From assembly GCA_026023565.1 (NCBI GenBank), contig JAPETS010000021.1, forward strand, positions 496,001 through 560,000: a DNA stretch of 64,000 bases, written 5' to 3'. Positions 61,953-64,000 of the stretch are shown here, piece after piece. Within the stretch, counting starts at the first letter, position 1; every line of letters begins with the position of its first letter. The notes under the pieces are model-generated. The model made no database searches. It worked only from the letters and a program-made list of their open reading frames with translations, and was not told the DNA's origin. The stretch comes from Cirrosporium novae-zelandiae. Lineage: Eukaryota. A program made the position numbers and the translations under genes.

Positions 61953-63414
61953 TCACTCCGCTCTCTGCCCATAAACGACATGACTAGGAAAATGGATTAG
62001 CTCCCGAAAGAAATAGCACACTGTGACAAGAGCAATCTTACAAGGTGCACATTAAATGAACGGATTTCTTCATTGCGTCTTTCCGGGCATCGACAGCGAA
62101 TGCTTGAACTTCCTCCGGCGACCACCCAAGCACTCTCGTGAATATCCCCAAAATAAAGGCCTCCATTCCATCGAGGGACTGGATGAGATTCACGGTGCCA
62201 ATCTCTTTCTGCGGGTACTAGTCAGAAACGCCAAGCTATACAAATATAAAATGCACAACAAACCAATTTTTTGTCTTTTGGCCAACTACCTAAAGGTATC
62301 TTGACCGCCTTGTGGTGAATATTCTCGAACCCGGCATTCTCAACCCATTCCTTCAGGTGCGGGCCAGGGCGAGCAGTTCGGCCGAGTTTATCAAAACCCT
62401 GAATGAGCAATTTGTGCAGTTCGATGATTTTGTTGTCCACGGCTTCCGATTTATCTTCTGAATAGTAACTCAAATCCCAGTCTTGAAATTCGACCCAGCC
62501 TCCCACCTTGGTTTGACTGAAGACCAATCAGTCACGACATTTCAGCTTGCGATAATTGGGCGGCAGAGATACTCAACTCGTAGCATTGACGCATAAGCTT
62601 AGGCCAATCCTGAATCGATGCTGCCATGTACCGCACGTGAATGAAATCGAAAGGCTGTCTCTCTGGCCAGTCACTTTCGCAGTCGTCAACTTCGAATAAG
62701 AGATTTGGTGGGATCCTACACCATGTTACCTTCGCTGATCACGACTTTGAGCTGAAAGACACTGTACCATTTTGGCTGAATAGGGCTAAGATCATTGCCA
62801 ACCTGCAAAACAATAAGACTTCAAGCTAAAATATAGGAAATAGCTCCAAATCTTACCACCTCAGCGGAAGGATACATATCAGCTTGAAGATATGTTAGCA
62901 GAACATGTCCGAATAGGAATCAGGATCTCATGTACTAACCCGCCTCGATGGCCCAGATTCCCGTTCCTGTACCGATATCCAAAATGCGTGACGGGTTTGA
63001 TAGTGGGGCTAAATGTAACTTTCCATCAAGAGCTAAAGTCATCAAATGGTGAACAAGATCGAGCCGGTCCTGTTCTTTTTCATCGTTTGGGAATTGGTAG
63101 GCTACATTCATTAGATATATCATAAACACTTTATTTATCAACGTACATCCTTCTCTATAACTGTGATAACGACGTCCGTTTTCCCATTTATAATGTTTAA
63201 CGCTAGAGGCCAACGACGTTGTGTAGCTTCGGCTGAAGTATTGTAAGCAGAAAATTCCACGGTATATCTTAAGCATTCACGCACATCTCATCGCCGTAAG
63301 CAGAATCATCATCGACATTCTAGAAATGGTTCAGTAAGTACTGCAACCTGTGGTTGCAATGAGGTCACTCACCAATGAATCAACTTCGACGGGAATATGA
63401 TGAACCTCAGCCAT
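61953..63414 (-). CDS. SAM-dependent methyltransferase, LaeA-like/TAM family; multi-exon
   Basis: [86 protein letters not shown] and HVVYGQR*. Confidence 0.9.
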
Positions 63415-64000
63415 TCCCACTATCAAAATTCCTCACGTACTGTCAAAGTGTCGATGTTGCGCTATACGGCGTGGAGCTGTTGGATACTTGTGGAAAAGTA
63501 GTCAAAATTGAATCTGGGAATAGTCGGAACCCTGTGTCTCTGGGGGAAGTAGCACCATTGAAAAGGCGACATATATATTCTTGTACATCTTGTACTACAT
63601 AGCATAGGTGTGGGGCTCCATGCCGGAAGATATTGCCACTATTTCTCTCAAGCCGCTGCGCCGCATCGGTAGGGTAATTCCGGTCCGTAGCGCGGCCTTG
63701 CTAAAGACCAACTAGACACTGAGTTAATAACGTGTTTCGATATTTTTCCCCAAGTCATATACAAGACGGAGATGGTGCATAGAAGTAGAGGTAGAAGAGA
63801 AAGCGTCTGGTGACAGACACGGGCCGAATTGCCCTCCGACTGGCAACTCTTGGTGATTTGAGTGGACAAGAGACAGATTGGGAACCCCGCCGAAATGGCG
63901 ATGGGTGTCTTTTCCGGATCTCTAGGAACAATCATTTCAAATAAAATGTTCGTATAGCCTCGCAAACAATAAGTTCAATTTGATTGGTCCATGCTATGTC

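Noticed and set aside
61953..63414. Calling the methyltransferase laeA
   Set aside because: It belongs to the large LaeA-like paralog family, and orthology cannot be shown without a phylogeny.

Overview
Intron-rich genomic DNA from a filamentous ascomycete (Pezizomycotina; short GT-AG introns with CTRAC branch sites). It holds about 20 protein-coding genes separated by AT-rich microsatellite islands. The centrepiece (16.3-29.9 kb) is an intact carotenoid-retinal-rhodopsin cluster: a CarX-type carotenoid cleavage oxygenase divergent from CarRA (lycopene cyclase/phytoene synthase), CarB (phytoene desaturase) and a CarO-type microbial rhodopsin. The rhodopsin keeps the Schiff-base Lys and the D-T-D proton-pump motif. 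A co-oriented TOK two-pore K+ channel follows 660 bp downstream. The four-gene car cluster is known from Fusarium and other fungi; a functional link to the K+ channel is my hypothesis. Other genes: SCO1, a Vasa/DED1-like DEAD-box helicase with a WG/GW tail, a DHA1 MFS transporter, a DUF3433 membrane protein, an SDR/EthD/DJ-1 trio, a HET-domain pseudogene, a small secreted DUF3237-like protein, a siderophore transporter with two SreA-type sites, a small SMP/LEA-like hydrophilin missed by the ORF track, a LaeA-like methyltransferase and several orphans. Exon structures were assembled by eye. Family names come from motif recognition, not database searches.
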